Positions 1 through 15,246 are shown, counted from the first letter of the stretch. The stretch: DNA of 64,000 bases from Candidatus Latescibacterota bacterium (GCA_965221775.1 CBDCSU010000006.1:2176001-2240000); one strand, 5' to 3'. The notes: generated from the sequence alone by a model not told the origin. Made by a program: numbers and translations.

Positions 1-1266
1 GGAGTAGATGCAGCCGGTGAGGTTGCCCTCGAGGCGGCGCGCCACCTCGGCGGCCTGGCCGACATCGTCGGCCACCACGAAGAGGCTCTCGTTGCCGAAG
101 GCCTCGGTCTGCAGGGCCTCGGGGTCGTCCAGGAACCGCTGCGCCGTGGTCCGCAGCAGGGTGTTGCTGTAGCTGTAGCCGGTGCCGGCGCCGGTCTCGC
201 CCCCGGTGACCAGCTCGGCGCCGGCGGCCTGCAGGGCGCGGACGCTCGCCTCCATGCCGCTCTCCACGCCGGCGGCCAGCAGGGTGCCCACCGGCGCGTT
301 GTCGAAGCGTTCCGCCGACCGGGCGATGAACCCCTCGGACTCGTCGCCGACCAGGAGCACCACGATCCCCGGGTTGGTGCAGAACTGCCCGGTCCCCATG
401 AGGCAGGAGGTCTGGAACTCCTCGGCGATCTCGGCGCCGCGCTCGCGGATCGCCCCGGGCAGCACGTACACGGGGTTGATGGAGCTCAGCTCCAGGTAGA
501 TCGGCTTGCCGGCGGCGTCGGCCGCCGCCTTGAGGGCCAGTCCCGCCGCTCTCGACCCGGTGTAGCCGGTGGCCCCGAGCCTCGGGTGCGAGACCAGCCT
601 TTTGCCGACCTCGTGGTCGGTGCGGTAGATGAGCTGCACCGTCGCCTCCGGCAGGCCCGCCTCCCTCACCGCCCGCAGTGCCTCCTCGGCCAGCAGACGC
701 GTCGTCCCGGGATGGGAGGAGTTGGCCTTGGCGATGACCGGGCAGCCGGCGCCGACGGCGGCGGCGAAGTCCCCGCCGGAGACGCTGTTGAAGGCGAGGG
801 GGAAGTTGTTCGGGCCGAAGACCGCCACCCCTCCCTCGAGGGCGCGGTACATGGAGCGGATGCCGCTGCCGGTGTCGATGGTGGGCAGGCTCCAGGAGCG
901 GCCGAGGGCCGCGGCCGCCGCCTGGCGGAGCTGGCCGGTGGTCCGCGGCAGCTCGATCTCGGCCAGCCGGGGCGCCGCGGGAAGGCCGGTCTCGGTCTCG
1001 GCCATGGCGACGATCTCGTCGGCGCGGGCCTCGATGCGGGAGGCGAAGGCCTCGAGGAAGGCGGCGGCGCCGTCGGGATGGGAGTCCTGCAGGGCCTCGG
1101 AGGCTTCAGCCGCCGCCTCCACCGCCTCCACCACTTCTTCCGGACCGCTGACGGGGTAGGTCTCCCCCGTGGCTTGGCGGGTGCGCGGGTTCGTCGGCTC
1201 GAAGGTGCCCGCGGCCCTGGAGTCGCGCCACTCTCCGGCGATCAGGACGGGCTGTGTCTGCGCCAT
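1..1266 (-). CDS. NADP-dependent aldehyde dehydrogenase, 2,5-dioxovalerate (alpha-ketoglutarate semialdehyde) dehydrogenase-like; runs off the window start
   Basis: Not in the ORF track. Manual translation from ATG 1266: MAQTQPVLIAGEW...VFGPNNFPLAFNSVSGGDFAAA...KANSSHPGT...GYTGSRAAG...YLELSSINP...GTGQFCTNPG, the ALDH motifs typical of the KGSADH subfamily. Confidence 0.85.
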   Translation of the reverse strand, partial: MAQTQPVLIAGEWRDSRAAGTFEPTNPRTRQATGETYPVSGPEEVVEAVEAAAEASEALQDSHPDGAAAFLEAFASRIEARADEIVAMAETETGLPAAPRLAEIELPRTTGQLRQAAAAALGRSWSLPTIDTGSGIRSMYRALEGGVAVFGPNNFPLAFNSVSGGDFAAAVGAGCPVIAKANSSHPGTTRLLAEEALRAVREAGLPEATVQLIYRTDHEVGKRLVSHPRLGATGYTGSRAAGLALKAAADAAGKPIYLELSSINPVYVLPGAIRERGAEIAEEFQTSCLMGTGQFCTNPGIVVLLVGDESEGFIARSAERFDNAPVGTLLAAGVESGMEASVRALQAAGAELVTGGETGAGTGYSYSNTLLRTTAQRFLDDPEALQTEAFGNESLFVVADDVGQAAEVARRLEGNLTGCIYS

Positions 1267-1300
1267 GGCGCGGATTCCTTTCTGTTGGAGCGCGGGGCGC

Positions 1301-2776
1301 TCAGAACGTGCTCTCTCGGTTGGTGATCGGGCACCAGCGCGAGACCGTGAGAAAGTCGTAGAGGGCCTCCCGGGCCTCCGGGGTGCCGATCCTCTGCAGG
1401 GCCTCGATGCCGTGGTTGCGGACGTAGCGGTTGCCGTCGTCCAGGGCCGCCACCAGGGCCTCGGTGGCCGGGGCCGCTTCGGGGCCGCGGCGGGCGAGGC
1501 CGTAGGCGGCGTCGAAGCGCACCTGGTCGTCATCGTCGGCGAGCAACTGCTGCAGGGCGGGGACCGCCGCCTCCGGCCGCCCCTGCATCGTGCCGAGGGC
1601 GTCGGCGGCGTTGCGGCGCACGAACTTGGAGGGATCCCCGGCGAGCGCGGCCACCGCCTCCACGGCCCCGGGACCGGCGGCCATCTCGCCGAGGGCGAAG
1701 GCCGCGTAGCCGCGGCTCGATTCCGAATCCGCGCCGCAGGCCGCGATCAGCGCCGGCACCGCCGCGGAGCCGGCGGCGGCCAGCCCGTAGGAGGCGCTCA
1801 GCCGCGCCGGTTCCACCTCGTCGTCGAGGGCGTCCACCAGGGCGTCGACGGCGTCCTCGCCGACGGCCCCCAGCCCGTAGCCGGCGTTCAGGCGCACCGG
1901 CTCGGCCTCGTCCCGCAGGGCGTCGCGCAGGGCCGACACTCCGGCGGCGGAGGCCCCGGTGCCGCCCAGGGCGGTGGCCGCATCGAGACGCTCCTCCAGA
2001 CCGCCTCCCCGCAGGCGGTCGATGGCCTCGTCACCGCCCACGGCGGCGGGCGCGTCGAAGGGCTCGCCGCGGTGCCAGCTCCAGGCCGACCGCCACATGG
2101 CGTCGTGGCGGTCGCCGAGGCCGTTGCCGCCGGGCCAGTCCGGCCTCTCGGAGCGCCAGGTCGGGGCCGCGGGCTCGGACATGCGGGTGAACTGGAACTT
2201 CATCATGAAGCGGGTGTTGTCCGTGTGGTTGGGGAAGGCCCGGTGCCACAGGTCGAAGTGGACGAGGACGGCGGTGCCCGCGGCGCCGAGACAGGGCACG
2301 GCCTCGCCGTCGGTCTCCCAGGACTCCTTGGCCACGTAGTTCTGGGAGCCCGGCACCACGCCGGTAGGGCCGTTGGCCTCGGAGACGTCCTGGGGGTAGT
2401 AGAACAGCATGGCCCAGCGGTTGCGGTGGTTGCGCGGCACCCGGTTGAAGCCCCAGTAGCTGTCCTTGTGAGTGCCGCCGCCGTCGCTGCCGCCCTGGTT
2501 CACGTGGCAGTGGCGGTGGGAGTGCATGATGTAGTCGGGGCCGAGCACGCTCGTCAGGGCGCCGCGCAGGGCCGGGTCGTCGAAGACCTGCCTGAGCTGC
2601 GGTACCCGGGGCAGGATGTTGTTGCCCGGGTTGCCCTCCTTCTCCAGGACATCGGAGGTGCGCCGGTAGATCTCCTCGTGCAGCGTGGCCGGCAGGCTCG
2701 TGTGGAGCACGAGGTAGCCGTTGGCGATGTAGTCGCGCATCTGTTCGTCGCTGAGCAGGTGCCTGGGATCGATCAA
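1301..2776 (-). CDS. PhyH-family Fe(II)/2-oxoglutarate dioxygenase fused to C-terminal HEAT/PBS-lyase repeats
   Basis: TTG start at 2776 with AGGAGG RBS; HxD (THKDSY) and distal His (DLWHRA); repeated VRxxAAxALG units in the C-terminal half. Confidence 0.85.
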   Translation of the reverse strand: MIDPRHLLSDEQMRDYIANGYLVLHTSLPATLHEEIYRRTSDVLEKEGNPGNNILPRVPQLRQVFDDPALRGALTSVLGPDYIMHSHRHCHVNQGGSDGGGTHKDSYWGFNRVPRNHRNRWAMLFYYPQDVSEANGPTGVVPGSQNYVAKESWETDGEAVPCLGAAGTAVLVHFDLWHRAFPNHTDNTRFMMKFQFTRMSEPAAPTWRSERPDWPGGNGLGDRHDAMWRSAWSWHRGEPFDAPAAVGGDEAIDRLRGGGLEERLDAATALGGTGASAAGVSALRDALRDEAEPVRLNAGYGLGAVGEDAVDALVDALDDEVEPARLSASYGLAAAGSAAVPALIAACGADSESSRGYAAFALGEMAAGPGAVEAVAALAGDPSKFVRRNAADALGTMQGRPEAAVPALQQLLADDDDQVRFDAAYGLARRGPEAAPATEALVAALDDGNRYVRNHGIEALQRIGTPEAREALYDFLTVSRWCPITNRESTF

Positions 2777-2816
2777 GGCTCTTCCTCCTGGGGACGGTTC
2801 GGGGGTCCGGGCCGCT

Positions 2817-2845
2817 ACCATAGCCGGGGGCCGGCCTTCCTGCAA
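2817..2845 (-). promoter_or_regulatory. Putative sigma70 promoter for the PhyH-HEAT/ALDH genes
   Basis: TTGCAG (2845-2840), 17-nt spacer, TATGGT (2822-2817), about 40 nt upstream of the start. Confidence 0.45.
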
Positions 2846-2943
2846 GGTGGGACGGCCGAGGCAGGGGCGGACCACGGCAGCTCGCGGCACCGCCGTACGG
2901 TCACGTCCGGGGATGGGAGGCGCGTGGCCGGGCGGGCCCTCCC

Positions 2944-3240
2944 TCATGGAAGGGGCCGCAGGCGCACCAGGGTTGCCCCCCAGCCGCCGCCTCCGGTGCC
3001 GGCCAGGGAGTAGCTCTCCACGAAGGGGAGGCGGTCCAGGGCGGCGTGGACGGTGCGCCGCAGCGCGCCCGTGCCCTTGCCGTGGATGACGCGGGCGTCC
3101 AGGATGCCCCGCTTGCGGCACTCGGACAGGTAGTCGGCCACCAGGTCCGCCGCCTCCCTGGGCCGGAAGGTGTGCAGATCGAGGGTGCCGTCGATGGGCA
3201 ACTCCACCGGCTGCTCTTCGAAATCCCTCTCGTCGCTCAT
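2944..3240 (-). CDS. Stand-alone Smr domain protein
   Basis: LDLHTF...VIHGKGTGALR...GGWGATLV; ATG at 3240 with GAGGAG RBS. Confidence 0.9.
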   Translation of the reverse strand: MSDERDFEEQPVELPIDGTLDLHTFRPREAADLVADYLSECRKRGILDARVIHGKGTGALRRTVHAALDRLPFVESYSLAGTGGGGWGATLVRLRPLP

Positions 3241-3461
3241 CGCGGCTGCTCCTCGGGGTGTGTGGCGGGTCCCGCGCATCGGATAAGCAAGTGCAACGAG
3301 CCCCGCGGGCAATCGGGCAAGAGGCCGATAGCCATCTGCGGCTTTCCCCGCGGCGGACCTGCGTCCGGGACTTTTCCTTTTATATATGGCACACATGGCC
3401 AAGTGAGGCCGCGGGCCGTCTCGGGCCCACGATCCCGGCAACCCATCGAGGAGTCGATCCC

Positions 3462-4865
3462 ATGCCCCATCCTGTCCGCATCGGCGTCATCGGCGCCGGT
3501 TCCGCCACCTTCTCCCTCGGCCTGGTGAAGGACCTGTGCCTGACCGGCAACCTGGCCGGCAGCGAGGTCCACTTCATGGACATCGATGCCGACCGCCTCG
3601 ACGCGGTGACCCGCATGGCCTCCCGCTACACCGGCGAGATCGGGGGCGACCTGCGCTTCCGGCAGACCACGAACCGGGAAGAGGCGCTGAGAGAGGCCGA
3701 CTTCGTCATCAACACCGCCATGGTGCAGAGTCACTACCACCAGGTCGACATGCGCGCCCTGATGGCCCGGCACGGCTACTACTACCGGGGCGTGTCGGGC
3801 GGGTCCTTCTACCAGTTGCGGCTGATGATGGAGGTGGCGCGGGACATGGAGAGGCTCTGCCCGGAGGCCTGGCTCATCCAGTCGGGCAACCCCGTCTTCG
3901 ACGGCTGCACCCTCATGACCCGGGAGACGGGGATCAAGGTCTGCGGCCTGTGCCACGGCCACTACGGCTACCACCGCATCGCCCAGGAGCTGGGCTTCGA
4001 TCTGGAGCGCGTCGACTTCCAGGCGCCTGGGGTCAACCACTGCATCTGGATGACCCATTTCCTCTACGACGGGGAGGACGCCTACCCCCGCATCGACCGC
4101 TGGATCGACGAGCACGGCGAGGAGTACTGGCGCACCCACGAGGCCGACGGCACCCACGACATCCAGCTCTCCCGCGGCGCCGTGCACCAGTACCGCATGT
4201 ACGGCCTGTTCCCCATCGGCGACTCCCCGCGCGTCGGCGGCTGGTGGTACCACACCGACATCGACACCAAGAAGCACTGGTTCGGGGAGCCCTACGGCGG
4301 TCCGGACACCCACATCGCCCGGCCCGTCCACGTGGACCGCCTGGAGAAGCGGCTGGCCCAGGTGCAGGCCGCCTGCGAGGATCCGTCGGCGCGCATGACC
4401 GAGGTCTTCGGCACCGAGCGCACCCGCGAGCAGCAGGTGCCCATCATCGACGCCCTGACCAACGACGAGCGCGGCACCTTCCAGGTGAACGTGCCGAACC
4501 GGGGCGCCCTGCCCGGAGTGGATGACGACGTCGTCGTGGAAGTGCCGGCGGTGATCGACCGCAAGGGGATCCATCCCCTGCGGGTGGCGCCGCTGCCGAG
4601 GAAGATTATGCTGGAGCAGCTGCTGCCCACGATCCTGGGCATGGAGCGGGAGCTGGAGGCCTACCGCACGGGGGACCGCAGCATGCTCCTGTGGAACGCC
4701 CTTGAGCACCACCAGACGCGGTCCTACAACCAGGCCTTCGCGGCCCTGGAGGAGCTGCTGCGGCAGCCGTCGAACCGCGAGCTGGCCGAGCACTTCCGCT
4801 ATCCGTGGACGGACGGTGAGAGCGGGCGCTACCTGCAGTCCACGGAGGGCGCGGCGGCGGGTTGA
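3462..4865 (+). CDS. Family 4 glycoside hydrolase (NAD+-dependent alpha-glucosidase/galactosidase/glucuronidase-like)
   Basis: IGVIGAGSATF Rossmann start, GNP, GLCHG, GVNHCIW, VNVPNRG; GAGGAG RBS. Confidence 0.9.
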   Translation: MPHPVRIGVIGAGSATFSLGLVKDLCLTGNLAGSEVHFMDIDADRLDAVTRMASRYTGEIGGDLRFRQTTNREEALREADFVINTAMVQSHYHQVDMRALMARHGYYYRGVSGGSFYQLRLMMEVARDMERLCPEAWLIQSGNPVFDGCTLMTRETGIKVCGLCHGHYGYHRIAQELGFDLERVDFQAPGVNHCIWMTHFLYDGEDAYPRIDRWIDEHGEEYWRTHEADGTHDIQLSRGAVHQYRMYGLFPIGDSPRVGGWWYHTDIDTKKHWFGEPYGGPDTHIARPVHVDRLEKRLAQVQAACEDPSARMTEVFGTERTREQQVPIIDALTNDERGTFQVNVPNRGALPGVDDDVVVEVPAVIDRKGIHPLRVAPLPRKIMLEQLLPTILGMERELEAYRTGDRSMLLWNALEHHQTRSYNQAFAALEELLRQPSNRELAEHFRYPWTDGESGRYLQSTEGAAAG

Positions 4866-4881
4866 GGCGGGGCCGGCGGCC

Positions 4882-5706
4882 TCAGGAGAGCACGGCCGGC
4901 CGGTCCCCCCGGACGAACCCCCAGAGCTCGGGGCGGAACTCCACGGCGTTCACCGCCTTCCACCGGCCCTCTTCCTCTTCCACCATCTCGAACTCCACCA
5001 TCGTGCCCCGGGTCTTGTACTGGGCGAACTGGGCGTTGTCCAGCGGCCGGCCCTCGGCCGAGCGCAGGTCGGTGATGTGGAGGAAGATGTCCTCGCGCAG
5101 GCTGTCCATGCCCATGCCGGTCTGCACCGTGAGGAACCCGTAGCCCCGCTCTTCGTTGACGGCGTGCACGATGCCTCTCAGGCGTTCGCCCCCGCCCCGG
5201 TCCTCGGGCAGCAGGCCGGGCACCAGGTAGCCGGAGAAGTGGTTGTCCACCTCCTCGCGCAGCCTCGTACTGGTGTTCATGAAGGAGAGCAGGTCGACGC
5301 GCTTGCCGCGGTTCTGCAGGGCCCGCACGAGGCGGAGGAAGTCGCCGTCGCCGGAGCCGAGCAGCACGTAGTCGAGTCTCTCCGTCTGCAGCAGGGCGTC
5401 CACCGCCAGCTCCAGGTCGGCATTGGCCTTGGTGATGACCTGGCCCTCCGTATCTCGATAGATCTGCACCTCCTTGAGGACCAGGTGATAGCCTTCGCGC
5501 CGCACCCGGCTGCGGTACTCGGCCTTCTTCTGCCCGTACTCCGGGTCCCTGGTCTCGCGATCACGGTCGAGGGCCATGTAGGCGTTGGCCCGCACCACCA
5601 CGGCGCCCTGGGCCTCGGCCAGGGCCTTGACCTGGCGGTACTGGAGGGCGTACCCGCCGCACCGGTTGAGGTTCTCCATGTCGAGAAAGATGCCTGCCTT
5701 CAGCAA
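4882..5706 (-). CDS. NYN (LabA/DUF88, PIN-like) domain protein with C-terminal cold-shock-like OB domain
   Basis: FLDMEN, KANADLELAVD, GSGDGDF acidic motifs; C-terminal GYGFL...DIFLHITDL (RNP1/RNP2-like); TTG start with AGGGAG RBS. Confidence 0.85.
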   Translation of the reverse strand: MLKAGIFLDMENLNRCGGYALQYRQVKALAEAQGAVVVRANAYMALDRDRETRDPEYGQKKAEYRSRVRREGYHLVLKEVQIYRDTEGQVITKANADLELAVDALLQTERLDYVLLGSGDGDFLRLVRALQNRGKRVDLLSFMNTSTRLREEVDNHFSGYLVPGLLPEDRGGGERLRGIVHAVNEERGYGFLTVQTGMGMDSLREDIFLHITDLRSAEGRPLDNAQFAQYKTRGTMVEFEMVEEEEGRWKAVNAVEFRPELWGFVRGDRPAVLS

Positions 5707-5882
5707 CCGGGTGTCTCCCTTCCGTGGAGGCGGGTCTTCGAGCCGGGGGTACGGCAACCCCCCCGAAGGCTTGCGTCCCAAGCGGGACGGTGAGCCCTCG
5801 GGGGGATCGGTAGTGAGGGGCTTGCCCGGGCGGCTGCGAGAGCCCCGTGGAGATACGGCCGCCCGGGGTATTGAAGGTGCCT

Positions 5883-8480
<2,598 letters not shown>

Positions 8481-8528
8481 CGGAGTGGTCCTCCGTTCAG
8501 GGAGTGAGTGTTGCAGGAGAGAGATGAG

Positions 8529-11162
<2,634 letters not shown>

Positions 11163-11435
11163 GCCCGACCCCCAAGGGTTGAGACGCAGCTTGACCAGCC
11201 AAAGGACGGAATTTTGAAAACGTTGGAAAAGCTCTTACTCTAACGCTATGGCTGTCAACCAGCAGGGGAAGACTCGGCCTCCGGCACGGCAGGTTCAGCT
11301 TTCGGAGCCCTCCCTGCTCCTTGTGGCGGGCATCGGGGCTTATGATCTTTCCTGGCGGGAAGGGAGGTTCCTTCGCCGCTGCGTCCTTGGCGAGCCCTCC
11401 GGCCCCGGCGGGGATCCGTCCGCTTGTCCCGAGGG

Positions 11436-11885
11436 ATGACGAGAATGGATGTCAATCTGAGATTCGACCTCAGCCTCGACAGCGAGGAGCCCCGGCGCAT
11501 TGCCGAGCAGTTCGAACGCTTCGGGGCGGAGAACGGGCTTCCGGCCAGGACGATTTTCGGGTTCCAGTTGGCCCTGGACGAGATATTGACAAACGTGATA
11601 TCCTACGGATTCACGGAAGACGCTCAGGACGCGGTCATCACGGTGACTCTCCACCTCACTGACTCAGAGGTGGGAGCTGTTATCGTGGACAACGGCAAGC
11701 CCTTCAACCCCCTCGAGGACGCCGCCGAGCCCGATGTGGCCCTTCCTGCCTCGGACCGTACTATCGGCGGCCTCGGCATCCACCTAACCAAGGCATTCGT
11801 TCAGAAGCTCACCTACGAGCGGGTGGACGGGTGCAATCGCCTGAACCTCGTGCAGCCCTTGGAGGCTCCGGAGGACGATGCATGA
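11436..11885 (+). CDS. rsbW: RsbW/SpoIIAB-like anti-sigma factor Ser/Thr kinase (HATPase_c_2)
   Basis: LALDEILTNVISY (N box), IVDNGKPFNP (G1), IGGLGIHL (G2); start could be 11445. Confidence 0.85.
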   Translation: MTRMDVNLRFDLSLDSEEPRRIAEQFERFGAENGLPARTIFGFQLALDEILTNVISYGFTEDAQDAVITVTLHLTDSEVGAVIVDNGKPFNPLEDAAEPDVALPASDRTIGGLGIHLTKAFVQKLTYERVDGCNRLNLVQPLEAPEDDA

Positions 11886-12217
11886 ACGTTGAGACCAGCC
11901 AGACCGGAAGCACCGCCGTCGCCGCGGTCAGCGGCCGCGTGGATTCCGCGAACGCCAAGGAATTCGAAGAGGAGCTGAGTGCCATCATCGACAAGGGGGC
12001 CACCGGCCTCGTGGTCGATTGCGGCGAGCTCAACTACATAAGCAGCGCCGGGTTGCGGGTTTTCCTGATCGCCATCAGGAAGACGAGCGCAGCCGGGGGC
12101 GGTCTGGCCCTGTGCCGGGTGCCCGACCACATCAACGAAGTCCTGGAGATCAGCGGGTTCTCCCGTCTCGCCAAGGTCTTCGAAACAGTGGAGGAGGCGC
12201 GCGGCAGCTTCGGGTAG
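11882..12217 (+). CDS. rsbV: STAS-domain anti-sigma factor antagonist (RsbV/SpoIIAA-like)
   Basis: SGRVDSANA...LVVDCGELNYISSAGLRVFL...EVLEISGF; ATGA overlap with upstream gene. Confidence 0.9.
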   Translation: MNVETSQTGSTAVAAVSGRVDSANAKEFEEELSAIIDKGATGLVVDCGELNYISSAGLRVFLIAIRKTSAAGGGLALCRVPDHINEVLEISGFSRLAKVFETVEEARGSFG

Positions 12218-12371
12218 GCCCGAGGATCCAAGTGAGGTGGAGCGCATCGGCTTGGGGCCGCCGGCGTGGAATGTCGCCGGCACCGCCCGGCCAGGGCAGT
12301 GCTCGCGTGAACACTTCCCATCGAGAACCAAGAGTGGCATGTGCCGAATTCCAGCCGCAGGAGCATTCCGC

Positions 12372-13778
12372 ATGAGCGTACCTGAAGACCAACCTGCCAC
12401 GGGTTACCGCGCACCGATCGCAGCAGTGGCCGGGGCCGCCGGGATCCTCGCCATCGCCGCGATCCTCCTGGCTCCTTCGCCGGCGTCGGCCTCCGCCGAG
12501 ACCGGCTTCGTCCTCAACACCTTTTCCTTCCTGGTCTGGGGCGTCCTGATCATGTGGATGTGTGCCGGCTTCACCATGCTGGAGTCCGGCTCGGTGCGCT
12601 CGAAGAACGCCTCCATGATCTGCCTGAAGAACATCGGGCTCTACTCGATCGCCGGCCTCGCCTACTACATCATCGGCTACAGCCTCATGTACGTCGATGT
12701 GGGTGCGATGATCGGCTCCTTCGACCTCTTTCACGGTCCCTCCGAAGGTGAACGGGCCCTCCTCGGCGGGGACGAGGGGGCCCTGGCCGGCGTGGTGGCC
12801 AGCAACTACTCCACCATGTCGGACTGGTTCTTCCAGATGGTCTTCGTCGCCACCACCGCCTCGATCGTCTCCGGGACCCTGGCCGAGCGCGTCAAGCTAT
12901 GGGCCTTCTTCGCCTTCACCCTGGTCCTCACGGCAGTCATCTACCCCGTCGTCGGCGCCTGGACCTGGGGCGGGGGCTGGCTCTCGCAGATGGGTTTCCA
13001 GGACTTCGCGGGTTCCACCATCGTCCATTCCACCGGCGGCTGGGCGGCCCTGGCGGGCGCCATCGTCGTGGGACCGCGGTGGGGCAAGTTCCGCAAGGAC
13101 GGCTCGGTGAAGGTCACTCCGCCCTCCAACATCCCCGCCGTCACCCTCGGGGTCTTCATCCTCTGGCTGGGCTGGTTCGGCTTCAACGGCGGCTCCCAGC
13201 TGGCCCTTGCCGGCGTGTCCGACGCGGTGGCCATGAGCAATGTCCTTGTCAACACCAACCTCGCCGCCGCGGCGGGCGTGGTGACGGCGATCGTCGTGTC
13301 GCGGCCCATCCTCGGGCGGACCGATCTCTTCGCCGCCCTCAACGGCGCCATCGCCGGCCTGGTGGCGATCACGGCCGGACCGGACATCCTCGATGCCCGG
13401 TGGGCGATCGTCATCGGCGCCGTGGGAGCGGTCCTGTGCACGGCGGGACTGAAGCTGCTGGAGCGCCTGCGGATCGACGACGTGGTCGGCGCGGTTCCCG
13501 CCCATCTCCTGGCCGGCATCTGGGGCACCCTGGCGGTCTGCATCGCCGCGGGCGGGAGCTTCGTGGTGCAGCTCATCGGCGTGGTGAGCGTGGGGGGCTT
13601 CGTCTTTCTCGTGTCCCTCCTGCTGTGGACCGTGCTGAACAGGACCGTGGGCGCGCGGGTCTCGCGCGACGTGGAGGACATCGGCCAGGACGCGGGTGAG
13701 CTGGGAATCGACGCCTATCCCGAGTTCGCCCTCATGGTCGATCCCGAGGAGGGGGGAGACTTCCGGGACCCGGACTGA
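12372..13778 (+). CDS. amtB: Ammonium transporter (Amt family)
   Basis: AGFTMLESG, FFQMVF, DFAGSTIVHSTGG, LWLGWFGFNGGS, NGAIAGLVAIT, DDVVGAVPAH; both pore histidines present. Confidence 0.95.
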   Translation: MSVPEDQPATGYRAPIAAVAGAAGILAIAAILLAPSPASASAETGFVLNTFSFLVWGVLIMWMCAGFTMLESGSVRSKNASMICLKNIGLYSIAGLAYYIIGYSLMYVDVGAMIGSFDLFHGPSEGERALLGGDEGALAGVVASNYSTMSDWFFQMVFVATTASIVSGTLAERVKLWAFFAFTLVLTAVIYPVVGAWTWGGGWLSQMGFQDFAGSTIVHSTGGWAALAGAIVVGPRWGKFRKDGSVKVTPPSNIPAVTLGVFILWLGWFGFNGGSQLALAGVSDAVAMSNVLVNTNLAAAAGVVTAIVVSRPILGRTDLFAALNGAIAGLVAITAGPDILDARWAIVIGAVGAVLCTAGLKLLERLRIDDVVGAVPAHLLAGIWGTLAVCIAAGGSFVVQLIGVVSVGGFVFLVSLLLWTVLNRTVGARVSRDVEDIGQDAGELGIDAYPEFALMVDPEEGGDFRDPD

Positions 13779-13812
13779 GCCGCTTCGGACTCACCGTCCG
13801 GCGAGCCGTCCC

Positions 13813-15246
13813 ATGGACTTCGACGCCTACGATCTCGATCCCGCGATCTACGACGAGATGTTCCTGCCCGACGGCACGCCGCGCGGGCACTTCCAGCCTC
13901 TGCACGATACCCTGAGGCAGCTCTCTGCGGAGGAAGCGGGGCGGATCCAGGAGCGGGTGACGCGCTCCTTCTCCAACGAGGGTATCACCTTCACCGTCTA
14001 CGGCGACGAAGAGGCGGACGAGCGCATCATCCCCGTGGACTGCGTTCCACGCATCCTCTCCGCCGAGGAGTGGCTGCACCTGGAGGCGGGGCTCACCCAG
14101 CGCCTGGCCGCCCTGAACCGCTTTCTGGAGGACGTGTACGGGGGGGCCCGCATCATCGCCGACGGCGTGGTCCCCGCCGACCTGGTGCGCGGCTGCCCCC
14201 AGTACCGCGTCGAGATGTGCGGGGTCCCGGTTCCCCACGGCACCTGGGTCGCCGTCTGCGGCACCGACCTGGTGCGTACCAACGATGGCTGGCGGGTGCT
14301 CGAGGACAACCTGCGGGTGCCCTCCGGGGTGTCCTACATGATCGCCAACCGCAAGGTGGTCAAGTCGAGCCTGCGCCGCCTCTACCGCGACTGCCGGGTG
14401 CGGGAGGTCGAGCAGTACGGGCAGGTGCTGCTCGAGACCCTTCGCGAGCTGGCCCCCGATGGACGCTCCGACCCCTGCATCGCCCTGCTCACCCCCGGAG
14501 TCGCCAACTCGGCCTTCTACGAGCACATCTTCCTGGCCCAGGAGATCGGAGCTACTCTCGTCGAAGGCCGCGACCTGCTGGTCAACGACGGTTTCGTCTA
14601 CATGCGCACCACCGAAGGGCTGCGACGGGTGGACGTCATCTACCGCCGCGTGGACGACGACTTCATCGATCCCCTCGTCTTCCGCCCCGATTCCCTCCTC
14701 GGAGTGCCGGGGCTGATGCACGCCTGCAAGAGCGGGCACGTGGCCCTGGCCAACGCCCCGGGGACGGGGGTGGCCGACGACAAGAGCGTCTACGCCTTCG
14801 TCCCCGACATGATCCGCTATTACCTCGGCGAGGAGCCGGTCCTCGCCAACGTCGAGACCTACCTGTGCCGAAGGCCTCGCGACCTGGAGTACACCCTCGA
14901 CAACCTGCAGGACCTCGTCGTCAAGCGGGTGGGCGAGTCCGGGGGCTACGGCATGCTCATCGGCCCCCATGCGACCGCGGAGGAGCGCGGCGCCTACGCC
15001 GAGGAGCTTCGCGCCGACCCGGCGGGATTCATCTCGCAACCGGTGCTGGCCCTGTCGCGCGCGCCCTGCTGCATCGAGGGCCGCCCGGAGGCGCGCCACG
15101 TCGACCTGCGCCCCTTCATCCTCCACGGCCGCGAGACCCGCATCGTTCCCGGGGCCTTCTGCCGGGTGGCGCTGCGCCGGGGCAGCCTCGTGGTGAACTC
15201 GAGCCAGGGCGGCGGCGGCAAGGACCTCTGGGTACTGGAGAGCTGA
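13813..15246 (+). CDS. Circularly permuted ATP-grasp (type 2) protein, predicted peptide ligase
   Basis: YDEM, GITFTVY, LEDNLRVPSGVSY, VDVIYRRVDDDFIDP, NAPGTGVADDK, SGGYGM, HVDLRPF, VVNSSQGGGGKD. Confidence 0.92.
   Translation: MDFDAYDLDPAIYDEMFLPDGTPRGHFQPLHDTLRQLSAEEAGRIQERVTRSFSNEGITFTVYGDEEADERIIPVDCVPRILSAEEWLHLEAGLTQRLAALNRFLEDVYGGARIIADGVVPADLVRGCPQYRVEMCGVPVPHGTWVAVCGTDLVRTNDGWRVLEDNLRVPSGVSYMIANRKVVKSSLRRLYRDCRVREVEQYGQVLLETLRELAPDGRSDPCIALLTPGVANSAFYEHIFLAQEIGATLVEGRDLLVNDGFVYMRTTEGLRRVDVIYRRVDDDFIDPLVFRPDSLLGVPGLMHACKSGHVALANAPGTGVADDKSVYAFVPDMIRYYLGEEPVLANVETYLCRRPRDLEYTLDNLQDLVVKRVGESGGYGMLIGPHATAEERGAYAEELRADPAGFISQPVLALSRAPCCIEGRPEARHVDLRPFILHGRETRIVPGAFCRVALRRGSLVVNSSQGGGGKDLWVLES

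Noticed and set aside
5825-5867. Inverted repeat cccgggcggctg / cggccgcccggg downstream of TonB receptor 1 as an ncRNA or REP element
   Set aside because: Single copy, long loop, no U-tract; at most a weak terminator, and such stems arise easily at this GC content
11231-11258. Perfect TTGACA on the minus strand upstream of the TonB receptors
   Set aside because: No convincing -10 hexamer at 16-18 nt spacing, so not called as a promoter
12330-12352. Possible sigma54 promoter (TGGCAT) upstream of amtB
   Set aside because: No TTGC -12 element at the required spacing
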